The notes below the pieces were generated by a model, which searched no databases, was not told where the DNA came from, and saw nothing but the letters and a program-made list of their open reading frames with translations. From positions 1 to 58,012 of the IMG/VR virus record IMGVR_UViG_3300016471_000316: a stretch of DNA of 58,012 nucleotides; one strand, 5' to 3'. Shown here piece after piece: positions 37,521 through 46,379 of the stretch. The DNA comes from a virus. Taxonomy: Duplodnaviria; Caudoviricetes. Position 1 is the first letter of the stretch. Every line of letters starts with the position of its first letter. A program made the position numbers and the translations under genes.

Positions 37521-37551
37521 AACATATCCATGCCGCGACAAAATGCAAGCG
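37521..37551 (-). promoter_or_regulatory. Early promoter 2 (TTGCAT-N16-TATGTT)
   Basis: CGCTTGCA motif upstream of the yqaJ-recT operon. Confidence 0.65.
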
Positions 37552-37928
37552 TCTTTGGAGCGTTCACGACAAAATTCCGGCGACCTAATTCTGCCAAAAT
37601 AGTCCCGCGTCGATCCTCAAAATACGGCGCAAAGCCTACGACGGTCGACGGCATGCGCTTTGCGTCGCAAGCCGAGGCGAAAAGGTACATTGCCCTTTCT
37701 ATTATGGCTCGCGCGGGCATCATCTCGGGGTTGGAGTGTCAGCCTTCCTATCCCCTCATCGTCGCTGGCCAGAAGGTCGCAACCTACAAGGCCGACTTCC
37801 GATATCGCGAGGTGGCTACGGGTGAGACGGTTGTCGAAGATGTGAAGGGGGTACTGACGCCAGTCTATCGCCTCAAGAAGAAGCTCGTCCGCGCACTGTA
37901 CAATATCGAAATCAAAGAAATTCGGTGA
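37530..37928 (+). CDS. DUF1064-family PD-(D/E)xK nuclease
   Basis: SKYGAK.T.VDG..F.S..EA.RY, Y.ADF.Y and VEDVKG motifs. Confidence 0.85.
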   Translation: MPRQNASVFGAFTTKFRRPNSAKIVPRRSSKYGAKPTTVDGMRFASQAEAKRYIALSIMARAGIISGLECQPSYPLIVAGQKVATYKADFRYREVATGETVVEDVKGVLTPVYRLKKKLVRALYNIEIKEIR

Positions 37929-38009
37929 GCCGCTGGACAGATCGCGGCTGCTCGATAATATCGTCCGTGCGGCATATGCGCGATAGGGTGCGCCGCAACG
38001 GGAGACCAT

Positions 38010-39089
38010 ATGAGCGATCAATCCAAGAACGAACCGAACCTTCCACCTCCACCGATATCGCCTGACATCGATCTGCGCGATTTCGCTTTCATGCCGCTCG
38101 AAGTCCAAAGGCTCCGCGACAGCGACCTTGGGATTGTCTGCTCGGATGCTGAGATCCGCGCTGCTCTGTGGCTCTGGTGCGCCTCATGGCATCAGATCCC
38201 TGCCGGATCTCTACCGAACGATCCCAGGGCTCTCGCCGCTCTGGCAGGATTCGGTCGCACCTCCGATGCCGTCGCGCGATGGACAGAGGTTGCTTCTGGC
38301 GCGTTGCGCGGCTTCGTCGCCTGCTCCGATGGCCGACTGTATCATCTGGTCATCTGCGCGAAGGCAGCAGAAGCGTGGAATTCGAAGGAACGATACCAGG
38401 AACGCCGGGAACTATTCCGGCAGAATCAGTCTGCCAAGGCTCGCAAGAGGTGGGGCGCATGCCGAGACGATGCCGAGTCAATGCCGCTGGCATCTCCCCG
38501 GCATGACCCCGGCATCCAGTCTGGTACAGCCTCGGCAATGCCTATAAAGGTAAGTAACAGTGTAAGTAACAGTGTAAGAAGTAAGAAAGATAGCAGTGGT
38601 AGGGAAAGTGATAGGAGCCTACTCCTAGAATTACAAACTTCGTCACGTTCCGTGACGGGAGACATTTCAGGATCAGCGCAGGAGGCCGATCTCCTGGCCG
38701 TAGGGAGCGGGGAAGGTCCGTCAGGCATGGGAGCCACCCAGGAACAGGTTCCCGACGTTCCCAGGCAGGATTTAGGGCCACAGCACCGATCTTTGGCCTA
38801 TCCCGAGTCGTTCATCACAGGGTTCTGGGAGATCTATCCACGCCCGGTGGGCAAGCTGGATGCGTCGAACGCATGGAAGGTTGCGGTCCGCAGGGCAGGA
38901 GGCGGCGAGGTAGGGCAGGAACGGATCAAGGCAGCAGTACAAGCATTCGCGAAAGCCTGTGCAGGCAGGGATCCGAAATTCATCCCGCATCCTTCAACGT
39001 GGCTGCGCGGTGGTCGCTGGGATGATCCGGTAGAACCGACATCTGCCAAGCCGAAACCATCCGGGTACATTCCGATGGGGAACGAATGA
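38010..39089 (+). CDS. Replication initiator (DUF1376/YdaU-like)
   Basis: DLRDF.FMPL.V.RL.DS, LW..SWHQ.PAGSLP, CSDGRLYH; C-terminal FW..YPR..GK..A..AW and P.TWL...RW.D. Confidence 0.85.
   Translation: MSDQSKNEPNLPPPPISPDIDLRDFAFMPLEVQRLRDSDLGIVCSDAEIRAALWLWCASWHQIPAGSLPNDPRALAALAGFGRTSDAVARWTEVASGALRGFVACSDGRLYHLVICAKAAEAWNSKERYQERRELFRQNQSAKARKRWGACRDDAESMPLASPRHDPGIQSGTASAMPIKVSNSVSNSVRSKKDSSGRESDRSLLLELQTSSRSVTGDISGSAQEADLLAVGSGEGPSGMGATQEQVPDVPRQDLGPQHRSLAYPESFITGFWEIYPRPVGKLDASNAWKVAVRRAGGGEVGQERIKAAVQAFAKACAGRDPKFIPHPSTWLRGGRWDDPVEPTSAKPKPSGYIPMGNE
38545..38640. repeat. Putative replication origin: AT-rich tract with tandem GTAAGTAACAGT repeats inside the initiator gene
   Basis: 12-bp repeat at 38550-38561 and 38562-38573 plus a degenerate copy; locally AT-rich; lambdoid-style placement. 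Confidence 0.55.
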
Positions 39090-39442
39090 GCATGAACGAG
39101 GCGCTGGCAGAGGCTAGGATTCGCCTGCGATCCTACAGCCCTGGGAATCATTACACTCAGTGCCCGCAATGCTCGTCGCGGCGGAAGAAACTGAACCAGT
39201 CGAAACCATGCCTGTCCGTGGCGATTGGTCCTACACCCATCTCGCACGGGCATCTCAATGCCGGAGAAGCGGTTTGGTTTTGTCACCACTGTGGATGGGC
39301 CGGGGGGACCGGCTCGCACAACGGGAGGAACAGCAATGGAAACACTCAGTCAGGCGCACGCCCAGGCTCTGGATGGCCGGGGAATCGACCCGGAGCTAGC
39401 GGTCCGGTACGGGCTGCACACTTCCGAAAGCGGTGGTGGTGA
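39086..39442 (+). CDS. Primase zinc-binding domain (separate ORF)
   Basis: CPQC...PCLSV.I...WFCHHCGW.G motif. Confidence 0.75.
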   Translation: MSMNEALAEARIRLRSYSPGNHYTQCPQCSSRRKKLNQSKPCLSVAIGPTPISHGHLNAGEAVWFCHHCGWAGGTGSHNGRNSNGNTQSGARPGSGWPGNRPGASGPVRAAHFRKRWW

Positions 39443-40787
39443 CGCTCTCGTCATTCCGTATCTGCGCGGAAGCGAAACGGTCAATCGCAAGTTCCGGACG
39501 CTCGGACCGAACAAGCGGTTTTGGCAAGACAAAGGCGGCGTTAAGCTGTTCTGGAATGAGGACGTCCTGCGCGACGATACGCTCATCACGCAGCCGCTGA
39601 TCATCACAGAGGGTGAACTCGACGCTCTTGCCGCAATCCAGTCCGGGCATGCGCGCACGATCTCGGTTCCGGACGGCGCTCCAGCCGAGAAGATCGCGAG
39701 CGAGGAGTCGGTCAAGTATGCGTTCCTTGATGCCGCGAAACCCTTGCTGAAGGGCGACCGAGTCACCGAGATCATCCTAGCTGTCGACGGAGACGCTGCG
39801 GGCGCAAACCTCCTGCACGATCTATCGGTGCGGCTCGGGCGCTTCCGCTGCTCTTTCCTGACGTACCCCCGGCACCCAGAGGATCGCGAGCGGCGGCTGA
39901 AAGACCTAGCGGATGTGCTGGTGCACTACGGTCGGCGTGGAGTTACCGAGACCATCGCTCGTCGCCAGTGGCTGCGCGTCGACGGTGTCTTCCGGATGAG
40001 CGAACTGCCGCCCCCTCCGGAGGCTCCTATCTTCGATATCGGCTTCCCGAAGCTGCGCGATCACCTCAAGGTCAGGCTCGGAGACTTCACGGTCGTTACA
40101 GGCATCCCGTCGCACGGAAAGTCGAGCTTCGTGAACGATCTCTGCTGCCGTCTCGTCGAGGCGCACGGTCTGAACGTGGCGTTCGCTTCGTTCGAGCAGA
40201 TGCCGACTCGCGATCATCGTCGCAATCTCCGGACATGGTTCTTACGCAAGCCCGTGCAGTACGCCGACGAACTCGACCTGCTGCGAGCCGACAAATGGAT
40301 CGATCAGCACTTTTCGTTCTTGGTCCCCGGAGAGGACGACGACGTCACCGTGGATTGGGTGCTGGACCGATGCGAAGCAGCGGTGACGCAGTTTGGGGCG
40401 CGCGTCATCGTGATCGATCCCTGGAACGAGATGGACCACGCGCGCGACCGCTCCGAGTCGGTCACCGAATATGTCGGGCGCGCCATCAAGGCGTTCAAGC
40501 GATTTGCACGAAAGATGATGGTGCATCTCATCATCGTCGCGCACCCTGCGAAGCAGCAGAAGAACAACGACGGCGTCTATTCCATCCCGACGCTGTATGA
40601 CATCAGCGACTCTGCGAACTGGTACAACAAGGCCGACCTCGGCGTGATCGTCCACAAGCTTGGCGACGCGCAGTCATTGATCCGCGTCTCGAAGTCGCGC
40701 TACCACGAAGAGATAGGACGACCCGGAGAAGTCGAAGCCGTTTTCGATTTCCCGACGCGCCGTTTCATCACAGACGGCGGACCGTGA
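39336..40787 (+). CDS. Toprim primase + SF4 helicase (T7 gp4/Twinkle-like)
   Basis: ITEGELDALA, SVPDGA, D.D..G; Walker A GIPSHGKS; IDPWN, IVAHP and DISDSA motifs; GGGAGG SD. Confidence 0.9.
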   Translation: METLSQAHAQALDGRGIDPELAVRYGLHTSESGGGDALVIPYLRGSETVNRKFRTLGPNKRFWQDKGGVKLFWNEDVLRDDTLITQPLIITEGELDALAAIQSGHARTISVPDGAPAEKIASEESVKYAFLDAAKPLLKGDRVTEIILAVDGDAAGANLLHDLSVRLGRFRCSFLTYPRHPEDRERRLKDLADVLVHYGRRGVTETIARRQWLRVDGVFRMSELPPPPEAPIFDIGFPKLRDHLKVRLGDFTVVTGIPSHGKSSFVNDLCCRLVEAHGLNVAFASFEQMPTRDHRRNLRTWFLRKPVQYADELDLLRADKWIDQHFSFLVPGEDDDVTVDWVLDRCEAAVTQFGARVIVIDPWNEMDHARDRSESVTEYVGRAIKAFKRFARKMMVHLIIVAHPAKQQKNNDGVYSIPTLYDISDSANWYNKADLGVIVHKLGDAQSLIRVSKSRYHEEIGRPGEVEAVFDFPTRRFITDGGP

Positions 40788-40788
40788 A

Positions 40789-41082
40789 ATGAAACGCGCC
40801 ATCCCGGAGCCTGTATTCGACGATGCTGTCGATCAGCAACGGGATCGCGCAGCATCACTTTCGAAGCGCGAAACCGAGTTGATTCAGCAACGAGAGCAGC
40901 GTCGCGCCGAAAATCGGGCTCGTATGCCTAAGGTTGCTGCCGCGTTCGACTTATGCGAGCGTCTCTTCGGTCCTGGCTGCGCGATTATTTACGCGCGTGA
41001 ATCAGGTCATGAAATCGGCAAGTCAAGTTGGCGAGACGAGAACGGACCTAACAATGGCAGCTTTCCCCTGTCCGATGTGTAG
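40789..41082 (+). CDS. Hypothetical protein
   Basis: NR..MP.VA...D.....FG.....YA.E.G..IGK pattern. Confidence 0.65.
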   Translation: MKRAIPEPVFDDAVDQQRDRAASLSKRETELIQQREQRRAENRARMPKVAAAFDLCERLFGPGCAIIYARESGHEIGKSSWRDENGPNNGSFPLSDV

Positions 41083-41428
41083 CAGCCAGACCAGTGTTTC
41101 TGATTCGCGAGGAACAGGACCAGGAGTGGCATCCGATATACCTGCTGGAGATGTGATGCGCCGCCGTCACTGTATCTCCGCAGAGTGCGGCTTCCGGTTC
41201 GTTACGCGCGAGACATTCGTCCGCCCCACAACGAGGCCAAAACCCGCTACGCTGATGGCAGAGACGAAGCAGGAATCAAAACGCACGGCAGAGGCCAAGC
41301 GCGAAGCAAAGAAGGACCGCCAGCCGAAGCGTCAATCTTTCGGTCGCCACCGCATCCCGCTCGATGACGAGGATAGGATCATAGAGCGAGATGCGGATAT
41401 CGACCTGCATCTGCGAGGCCGACGGTAG
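41054..41428 (+). CDS. NrdR-N-like zinc-ribbon protein
   Basis: CP.C...TSV.DSR...RRR.C....C..RF.T.E motif. Confidence 0.75.
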   Translation: MAAFPCPMCSSQTSVSDSRGTGPGVASDIPAGDVMRRRHCISAECGFRFVTRETFVRPTTRPKPATLMAETKQESKRTAEAKREAKKDRQPKRQSFGRHRIPLDDEDRIIERDADIDLHLRGRR

Positions 41429-41431
41429 GAA

Positions 41432-41836
41432 TCAGTCCCAGAACCCGCGAGGGATCTTCTTAGGCTTCGGCCAGGGATCGCTTTTCCGCGAGCGATTCTG
41501 ATGTGCAGTAGGGGTTTCCTTCACGTCTTGAAGCGCCTTCATGGCGATCCATGTCCGCGAGCATGCGTCATGGTATTGATCGTCAGCGACCGAGTCCTTG
41601 AAATTGCCGTAGTCGATATCGGTCACCAGACACACCATCTTAGCCGCAACATAGCGACGCGGAATGGTGGCGCGGTACAGGTAGTCGCGTCCTGGGGTCT
41701 TCGTGACGGCATGATCTGAACCGAATACGCGCTCGATGTCACCACGAACGCGCGCACGGACGAGCAGCTTCGTTCTGTCTGTCGGGCAGGACACGATGCT
41801 AAGGAAGGCGTTGCTGAGAAAGATCCACATAGGCAC
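41432..41836 (-). CDS. Conserved phage hypothetical protein
   Basis: MW.F....FLSIV, L.VRAR...D, DY.YR and IDY.NFK motifs. Confidence 0.75.
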   Translation of the reverse strand: MPMWIFLSNAFLSIVSCPTDRTKLLVRARVRGDIERVFGSDHAVTKTPGRDYLYRATIPRRYVAAKMVCLVTDIDYGNFKDSVADDQYHDACSRTWIAMKALQDVKETPTAHQNRSRKSDPWPKPKKIPRGFWD

Positions 41837-41840
41837 CTCG

Positions 41841-41876
41841 AAAAGTTGGCGGGTCCGGAACGGTCCCGGACCCGCC
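41841..41876 (-). terminator. Rho-independent terminator after the DUF932 gene
   Basis: GGCGGGTCCGG/CCGGACCCGCC stem, followed by TTTT on the minus strand. Confidence 0.7.
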
Positions 41877-41883
41877 TGTTAAC

Positions 41884-43023
41884 TCAGACCTTTACGGCGT
41901 CGAGGATGCGCCCGCCGACCGATTCCATGGCGATGCGGCGATCCTGATGTTGCAGTGACCGAGCCTTTGCCGTGATCGCCTGGGCGAAATCCCAGGCCGT
42001 TTCCGGAGGCGCACCTTCTTCCGCAAGTCCGACCGAGATCAGGTCTTCGGCTGCGCGCTTGCTGAAGCCGAACTTGTGGAGGAACTCGACTCGTTCCTCG
42101 TCCGTCGAGGCGACCCTCTGGTTCTGCGCCGCCTTGACTCCCTCGATCAGCTTCATCGTACCGGCCTGGGAGTATTCCAGGATTGCCGGAGCCGCTTCCT
42201 TCGCGAACCGCTCGGGAGCGAACCGGGTGTGCCTGATCGTCATCTCGCGGAAGTCCTCGACGCCCCAGAGGTTCCTGTTCTGGCAGACGCCTCGAAGGTA
42301 CATCGAGGCGAACCCGAACGTGCGCCCGCCGACCTCGCTGTTCCAGACGTAGAACCCGCGAAACAGGAGGTCGGGTTCGCCGTTTCGAAGCTTGCCGACC
42401 TCGATGGGATTGAGATCGTCGACGAGGAACATGAACACATCCCGGTCGCTGGCGTAGAGCGTCGTGGTCTCCTTGCTGATGTCCACGCGCGGGTTGTATG
42501 CCATCTTCTGCCAGTCGATGACGCCCGGAACCTTCCATCGCGTGTCTCCGGTCCCGTCTCCGGCGATCTGACGAACCTGGGACACGACGTCGGTGTCGAG
42601 GATACGTCCGTATTTGGTGCTGGTGATGCCCCGTAAGGAAGTCGTGCCATTCTGGCGGATGTAAGCGGCGACGGGCTTCGATGAGTAATCCGCCAGCCCC
42701 TGGTTCAGGCATGCTGCAGCCAGTCCCGCCGGAAGCTGTCGCAGGTAATCCGACGGCGCATGGGCAAGGCGGCTGATCTGGTCGAATGACCATGCGGTCG
42801 GGTCCACCTGTGCGCCGACGCAGTCGATGAGGAGGTTTCCGCCATCGGCGCGAGCGTGGATCTCGCTGGGCATGGTCTCGACCGCTCTGGATTCGTTTGC
42901 CCATTGACGGGTCTGGCTTTCCAGATGACTGAGGCTCAAGAACCTCTGATCGTCAGGGCGCTGCGCCCACTGCGCCGAGACGGTTCCGACCATCGTCCCC
43001 TTGGTAGTGTCGATTGTATACAT
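41884..43023 (-). CDS. DUF932-family protein
   Basis: W..RPDD.RF.SL, TTLYASDRDVF.FLVDD.NPIE.G, RGFYVWNSEVG and VC.NR motifs. Confidence 0.85.
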   Translation of the reverse strand: MYTIDTTKGTMVGTVSAQWAQRPDDQRFLSLSHLESQTRQWANESRAVETMPSEIHARADGGNLLIDCVGAQVDPTAWSFDQISRLAHAPSDYLRQLPAGLAAACLNQGLADYSSKPVAAYIRQNGTTSLRGITSTKYGRILDTDVVSQVRQIAGDGTGDTRWKVPGVIDWQKMAYNPRVDISKETTTLYASDRDVFMFLVDDLNPIEVGKLRNGEPDLLFRGFYVWNSEVGGRTFGFASMYLRGVCQNRNLWGVEDFREMTIRHTRFAPERFAKEAAPAILEYSQAGTMKLIEGVKAAQNQRVASTDEERVEFLHKFGFSKRAAEDLISVGLAEEGAPPETAWDFAQAITAKARSLQHQDRRIAMESVGGRILDAVKV

Positions 43024-43123
43024 GCTGTATTCTCCGCTCCGTTTTGGGGTCTCGCCCCGGTTGCAGGCAGGCCGGTCGGCCCGCCCGGTTAGTCGAGTTT
43101 GGCGCGGATGCGCCGCCGTAGGA

Positions 43124-44029
43124 TCAGGACTGTCTTACCGTCACCACCTTCGGCCTCTTGATGACCGTCTGTTTTTCTCCAGTGCGCTCGGTGTGTTCCG
43201 CGATGGTCGCCGCGACTCTGATCTTGTCGCCGCGCGCACCCAAACTCATCGAGCCCTTGTAGACCACCGTGCCCTGCGCGCTATCGAACACGTGGAGGAA
43301 GGTGATGCCAAACTGCGTCTCCCACGAGCGCACGAGGCGGATGGTGAGGTCGAGCGTCTCGCGCTTGCCCACTTCCCCGATGTGCTGGCTCAGAGCGGCC
43401 TTGGCCGCGCGGTCGGCGTCAGCCTTGGCGCGGTCGGTGATCTGATCCAGGAGCTTCCGCAGGAAGGTTTCCTGCGCGGTGGAGATCGAGCCGTAACGCA
43501 CCAGCTTCGAGACGATGTCCGTGATCGTGCTTTCCTCGAAGCGAAAATCGGCGCGCTCTGTCGCCGCGTAAACGTCCCAGGCAGAGCTGAGACCGGCTTC
43601 GGCCAGCTTCGCCTTGGCGAGAAGCTTGCCGGAGCGCGCTCTTGCGAGTGCGTCGGCTTCGCTGCGGATCGCCCGGAATGCGCTGTCACAGTCCCAGCCG
43701 ATCTTGGCCGCGCAGTCTTCGCCGACCCGGATGTAGACGTTGGTTTCCGAGTGGTAGAAGATCGCCAGCGTCATGGCATTGGCGTTGCCGCAAACGTGGC
43801 AGACGCCGCCATGTTCATGGCGCGAGAAGTGCGCGCCCGGATGGCACTGCATGTGGCTTTCGAAAGCGCGTCGCGCCTGGAGCAGAGCGTGGCTCTGCTC
43901 GATGTCGGCAACGCGCTCGCTGTGCATGCCGACGAATTCGTACTCGCGAGGGTTGAGCGCGCTGGGCCGATGGATGTCGGTTCGGGTAATCTTTCCGACA
44001 GCAATGAAATCCGTCCCCATGATCACCAC
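43124..44029 (-). CDS. Hypothetical protein with Zn-knuckle and C-terminal OB-fold-like domain
   Basis: C..CG, VG.DC; S.HIG.VG.R...ATI..H....G.KQT.I.R.K motifs. Confidence 0.75.
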   Translation of the reverse strand: MVIMGTDFIAVGKITRTDIHRPSALNPREYEFVGMHSERVADIEQSHALLQARRAFESHMQCHPGAHFSRHEHGGVCHVCGNANAMTLAIFYHSETNVYIRVGEDCAAKIGWDCDSAFRAIRSEADALARARSGKLLAKAKLAEAGLSSAWDVYAATERADFRFEESTITDIVSKLVRYGSISTAQETFLRKLLDQITDRAKADADRAAKAALSQHIGEVGKRETLDLTIRLVRSWETQFGITFLHVFDSAQGTVVYKGSMSLGARGDKIRVAATIAEHTERTGEKQTVIKRPKVVTVRQS

Positions 44030-44301
44030 TCCCCCTGGACCGAGTGCGCGGCGAGGAGGCGGATCTCGCGGTAGGCAGCGCGCCGGGCGTCCCGGCTGCG
44101 GCTGAAGGTCCGATACCTGGACCCAGGGAAGGGACTCTCGGGATCGTTGTCCTTGGCGCGCTGAAGGGCGAAACGGTCACCCAGCGGCCACGACGTGAAC
44201 GCGAAACGTTCCCGGCGGAACGACCCTCCGAGGAAAGGCCCCGTGGCAACGACATAGAACGCGCCTGGGCCGTTCGGGATTAGATTAATTTCGATATCCA
44301 T
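44023..44301 (-). CDS. Hypothetical early protein
   Basis: AGGAGG SD; first gene after promoter 3. Confidence 0.6.
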   Translation of the reverse strand: MDIEINLIPNGPGAFYVVATGPFLGGSFRRERFAFTSWPLGDRFALQRAKDNDPESPFPGSRYRTFSRSRDARRAAYREIRLLAAHSVQGEW

Positions 44302-44356
44302 GAAAGTCCTCCTGGGACGGGAAGGGGAAGGGGAAAGTGCCTGAAGCATGGTAGGG

Positions 44357-44387
44357 TATTTATCATGGCGTTAGCATTTTGCAAGCG
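44357..44387 (-). promoter_or_regulatory. Early promoter 3 (TTGCAA-N16-TAAATA)
   Basis: CGCTTGCA motif with an AT-rich UP-like tract. Confidence 0.6.
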
Positions 44388-44420
44388 ATCCGGACGATTA
44401 TTTTCTAAAAAGTTGCGCCC

Positions 44421-44745
44421 GGCATAGGGAGACGGCTTGGGTGCCTGGGCTAGCCAAATAGCTGGAACCGCGCTCTACGGGCATGGGACAGGCTTGGCGG
44501 GTTGGTCTAGCCAAGAGGCGACCTATCGGTTGCGCCTCGATCAGCAGCGTGGTATGTCCGCTTTAGGATAGGCGTCTGTCCCCCGGACCTATCCTAGCTG
44601 CCGCGTGGCCCGTTCGCGGTCGACTAGCAGGCGCTCCTATCAATCGCCGGCTAGGTTCTAGCGGGTGTCGCTCTTGCGAGCGGCGAAGGCGTGTTTTCCC
44701 TCCCAACTTCCCGCCCGGATGTTCGCGCATCCGGGCGGTTCTTTC
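44421..44745 (+). ncRNA. Candidate structured leader/ncRNA (hairpin array ending in a terminator-like stem)
   Basis: Imperfect ~36-bp direct repeat, at least 5 consecutive stems, final 11-bp stem plus TTCTTT; no convincing ORF. Confidence 0.4.
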
Positions 44746-44756
44746 CGAGAGGCCGC

Positions 44757-45407
44757 ATGTCCAGAAAGCTATCGGTCGTCTATCGGCCGCTGTCGGAACT
44801 GATTCCCTATGCGCGCAATGCCAGGACGCACAGCGACGCGCAGGTCGCTCAGATTGCGGCATCGATCCGCGAGTTCGGGTGGACGAACCCAGTTCTAGTC
44901 GACGGCGAGCGCGGAATCATCGCAGGCCATGGTCGAGTCCTCGCCGCGCGCAAGCTAGGGATCGAAGAGATCCCTACCATCGAACTCGGCTCAATGTCTG
45001 ACGCGCAGCGTCGGGCGTACATCCTCGCTGACAACAAGCTGGCGCTGAATGCGGGATGGGACGAGGAACTGCTCAAGGTCGAACTCAGCGAACTGAAGGG
45101 TCTCGACTTCGATCTGTCGGTCATCGGCTTCGATCCTGGCGAGATCGCCTCGATCTTCCTGGAGAAGCAGCAAGGCAAGACGGACCCGACCAGCGAGTGG
45201 CAGGGGATGCCCGAGTACGATCAAAGGGACGAAATGCCCTATCGGACTCTCCACGTGCATTTCAACAATGACGAAGATGTCGCCGAGTTCGCCCGTTTGA
45301 TCGGGCAGAGCGTGACTGACAAAACCAAATACCTCTGGTTCCCGCATCAGGAAATCGCTCACCATGCGGACAAACGGTACGCCGAGGATCAAGACGGCTC
45401 AGAGTAA
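44757..45407 (+). CDS. ParB/Srx-like domain fused to a glycosyltransferase-associated EW.GMPE domain
   Basis: L.PY.RNARTH, IAASI.EFG...P, IIAGHGR..AA, ADNKL; C-terminal EWQGMPEY.Q...V.F...ED...FA.L..Q..T.KTK..W.P. Confidence 0.85.
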   Translation: MSRKLSVVYRPLSELIPYARNARTHSDAQVAQIAASIREFGWTNPVLVDGERGIIAGHGRVLAARKLGIEEIPTIELGSMSDAQRRAYILADNKLALNAGWDEELLKVELSELKGLDFDLSVIGFDPGEIASIFLEKQQGKTDPTSEWQGMPEYDQRDEMPYRTLHVHFNNDEDVAEFARLIGQSVTDKTKYLWFPHQEIAHHADKRYAEDQDGSE

Positions 45408-45413
45408 ATCCTG

Positions 45414-46379
45414 ATGCCCGAGTTCCCGCTTTATATCCCCACGAAGGGCCGCGCAGCCTTCATGGTAACATCGCGTGCGCTCACGACGATGAAGGTCCAG
45501 CATTACCTAGTCGTCGAGCCGCAGCAGGTCGAAGAATATCAGCATTCGGTCCGCACCATGGGCCTATCTGCGACCGTCCTCACGCTCGACCTGTCGTTCA
45601 AGGATCGGTACGAACTCCTCGATGGACACGGATTGACCAAAAGCACCGGGCCAGGACCGGCGCGAAACTTCGCTTGGGAGCATTCGCGGTCCACAGGGCA
45701 TGCGTGGCACTGGGTGATGGATGACAACATCCGTGGTTTCTACCGTTTGAATCGCAACCTGAAAGTAGAGGCGATCACGGAAAAGTTCTGGGATGCGATG
45801 GAGCATTTCACGCTACGGTACAAGAACGTAGCGATGTCAGGGCCGAATTACCTGATGTTCGCAAACCGCCGCGACCCGGTTCCTCCGTTCGTGGTGAACA
45901 CTCGCATCTATTCGTGCAACCTCATCCGCAACGACGTGCCGTTCCGCTGGCGTGGCCGCTACAACGAGGACACCATTATGTCTCTCGATATGCTCAAAGC
46001 GGGCTGGTGTACGATCCAGTTCAATGCGTTCCTTCAACTGAAGATGGAGACGCAGAAACTCCCTGGCGGAAATACGGATGACTTCTACCTCAAAGAAGGC
46101 AAGCGGCGTGAGGGAGAGCGGTATTCAGACACGGGAACGGTCGCTAAAAGTCAGATGCTATGTGCGGTTCATCCAGACGTAGCTAGGATGACCTGGAAGT
46201 TCAATCGCTGGCATCATCAAGTGGATTACACGCGATTCAAGACTCAGAAACTGATCCGCCGCGACGACCTTCAAATCCCGCAGGGAAATAACGAATTCGG
46301 AATGGCTCTCGTTAAGGTCAAGCCCAAGCGTGGTCTCTGGAAGGAAAAGGCGACGAAACGCAGCAAGAGCAACGCATGA
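45414..46379 (+). CDS. TET-associated-type (TAGT/GREB1-like) GT-A DNA glycosyltransferase
   Basis: P.YIP.KGR, ARNF.W.HS, WVMDDNI, NTRIYSC.LI, WRG.YNEDT and GGNT motifs. Confidence 0.8.
   Translation: MPEFPLYIPTKGRAAFMVTSRALTTMKVQHYLVVEPQQVEEYQHSVRTMGLSATVLTLDLSFKDRYELLDGHGLTKSTGPGPARNFAWEHSRSTGHAWHWVMDDNIRGFYRLNRNLKVEAITEKFWDAMEHFTLRYKNVAMSGPNYLMFANRRDPVPPFVVNTRIYSCNLIRNDVPFRWRGRYNEDTIMSLDMLKAGWCTIQFNAFLQLKMETQKLPGGNTDDFYLKEGKRREGERYSDTGTVAKSQMLCAVHPDVARMTWKFNRWHHQVDYTRFKTQKLIRRDDLQIPQGNNEFGMALVKVKPKRGLWKEKATKRSKSNA

Noticed and set aside
44757-45407. ParB as evidence of a plasmid-prophage partition system
   Set aside because: There is no ParA and no HTH; the ParB/Srx domain is of the type fused to or beside DNA-modification enzymes.
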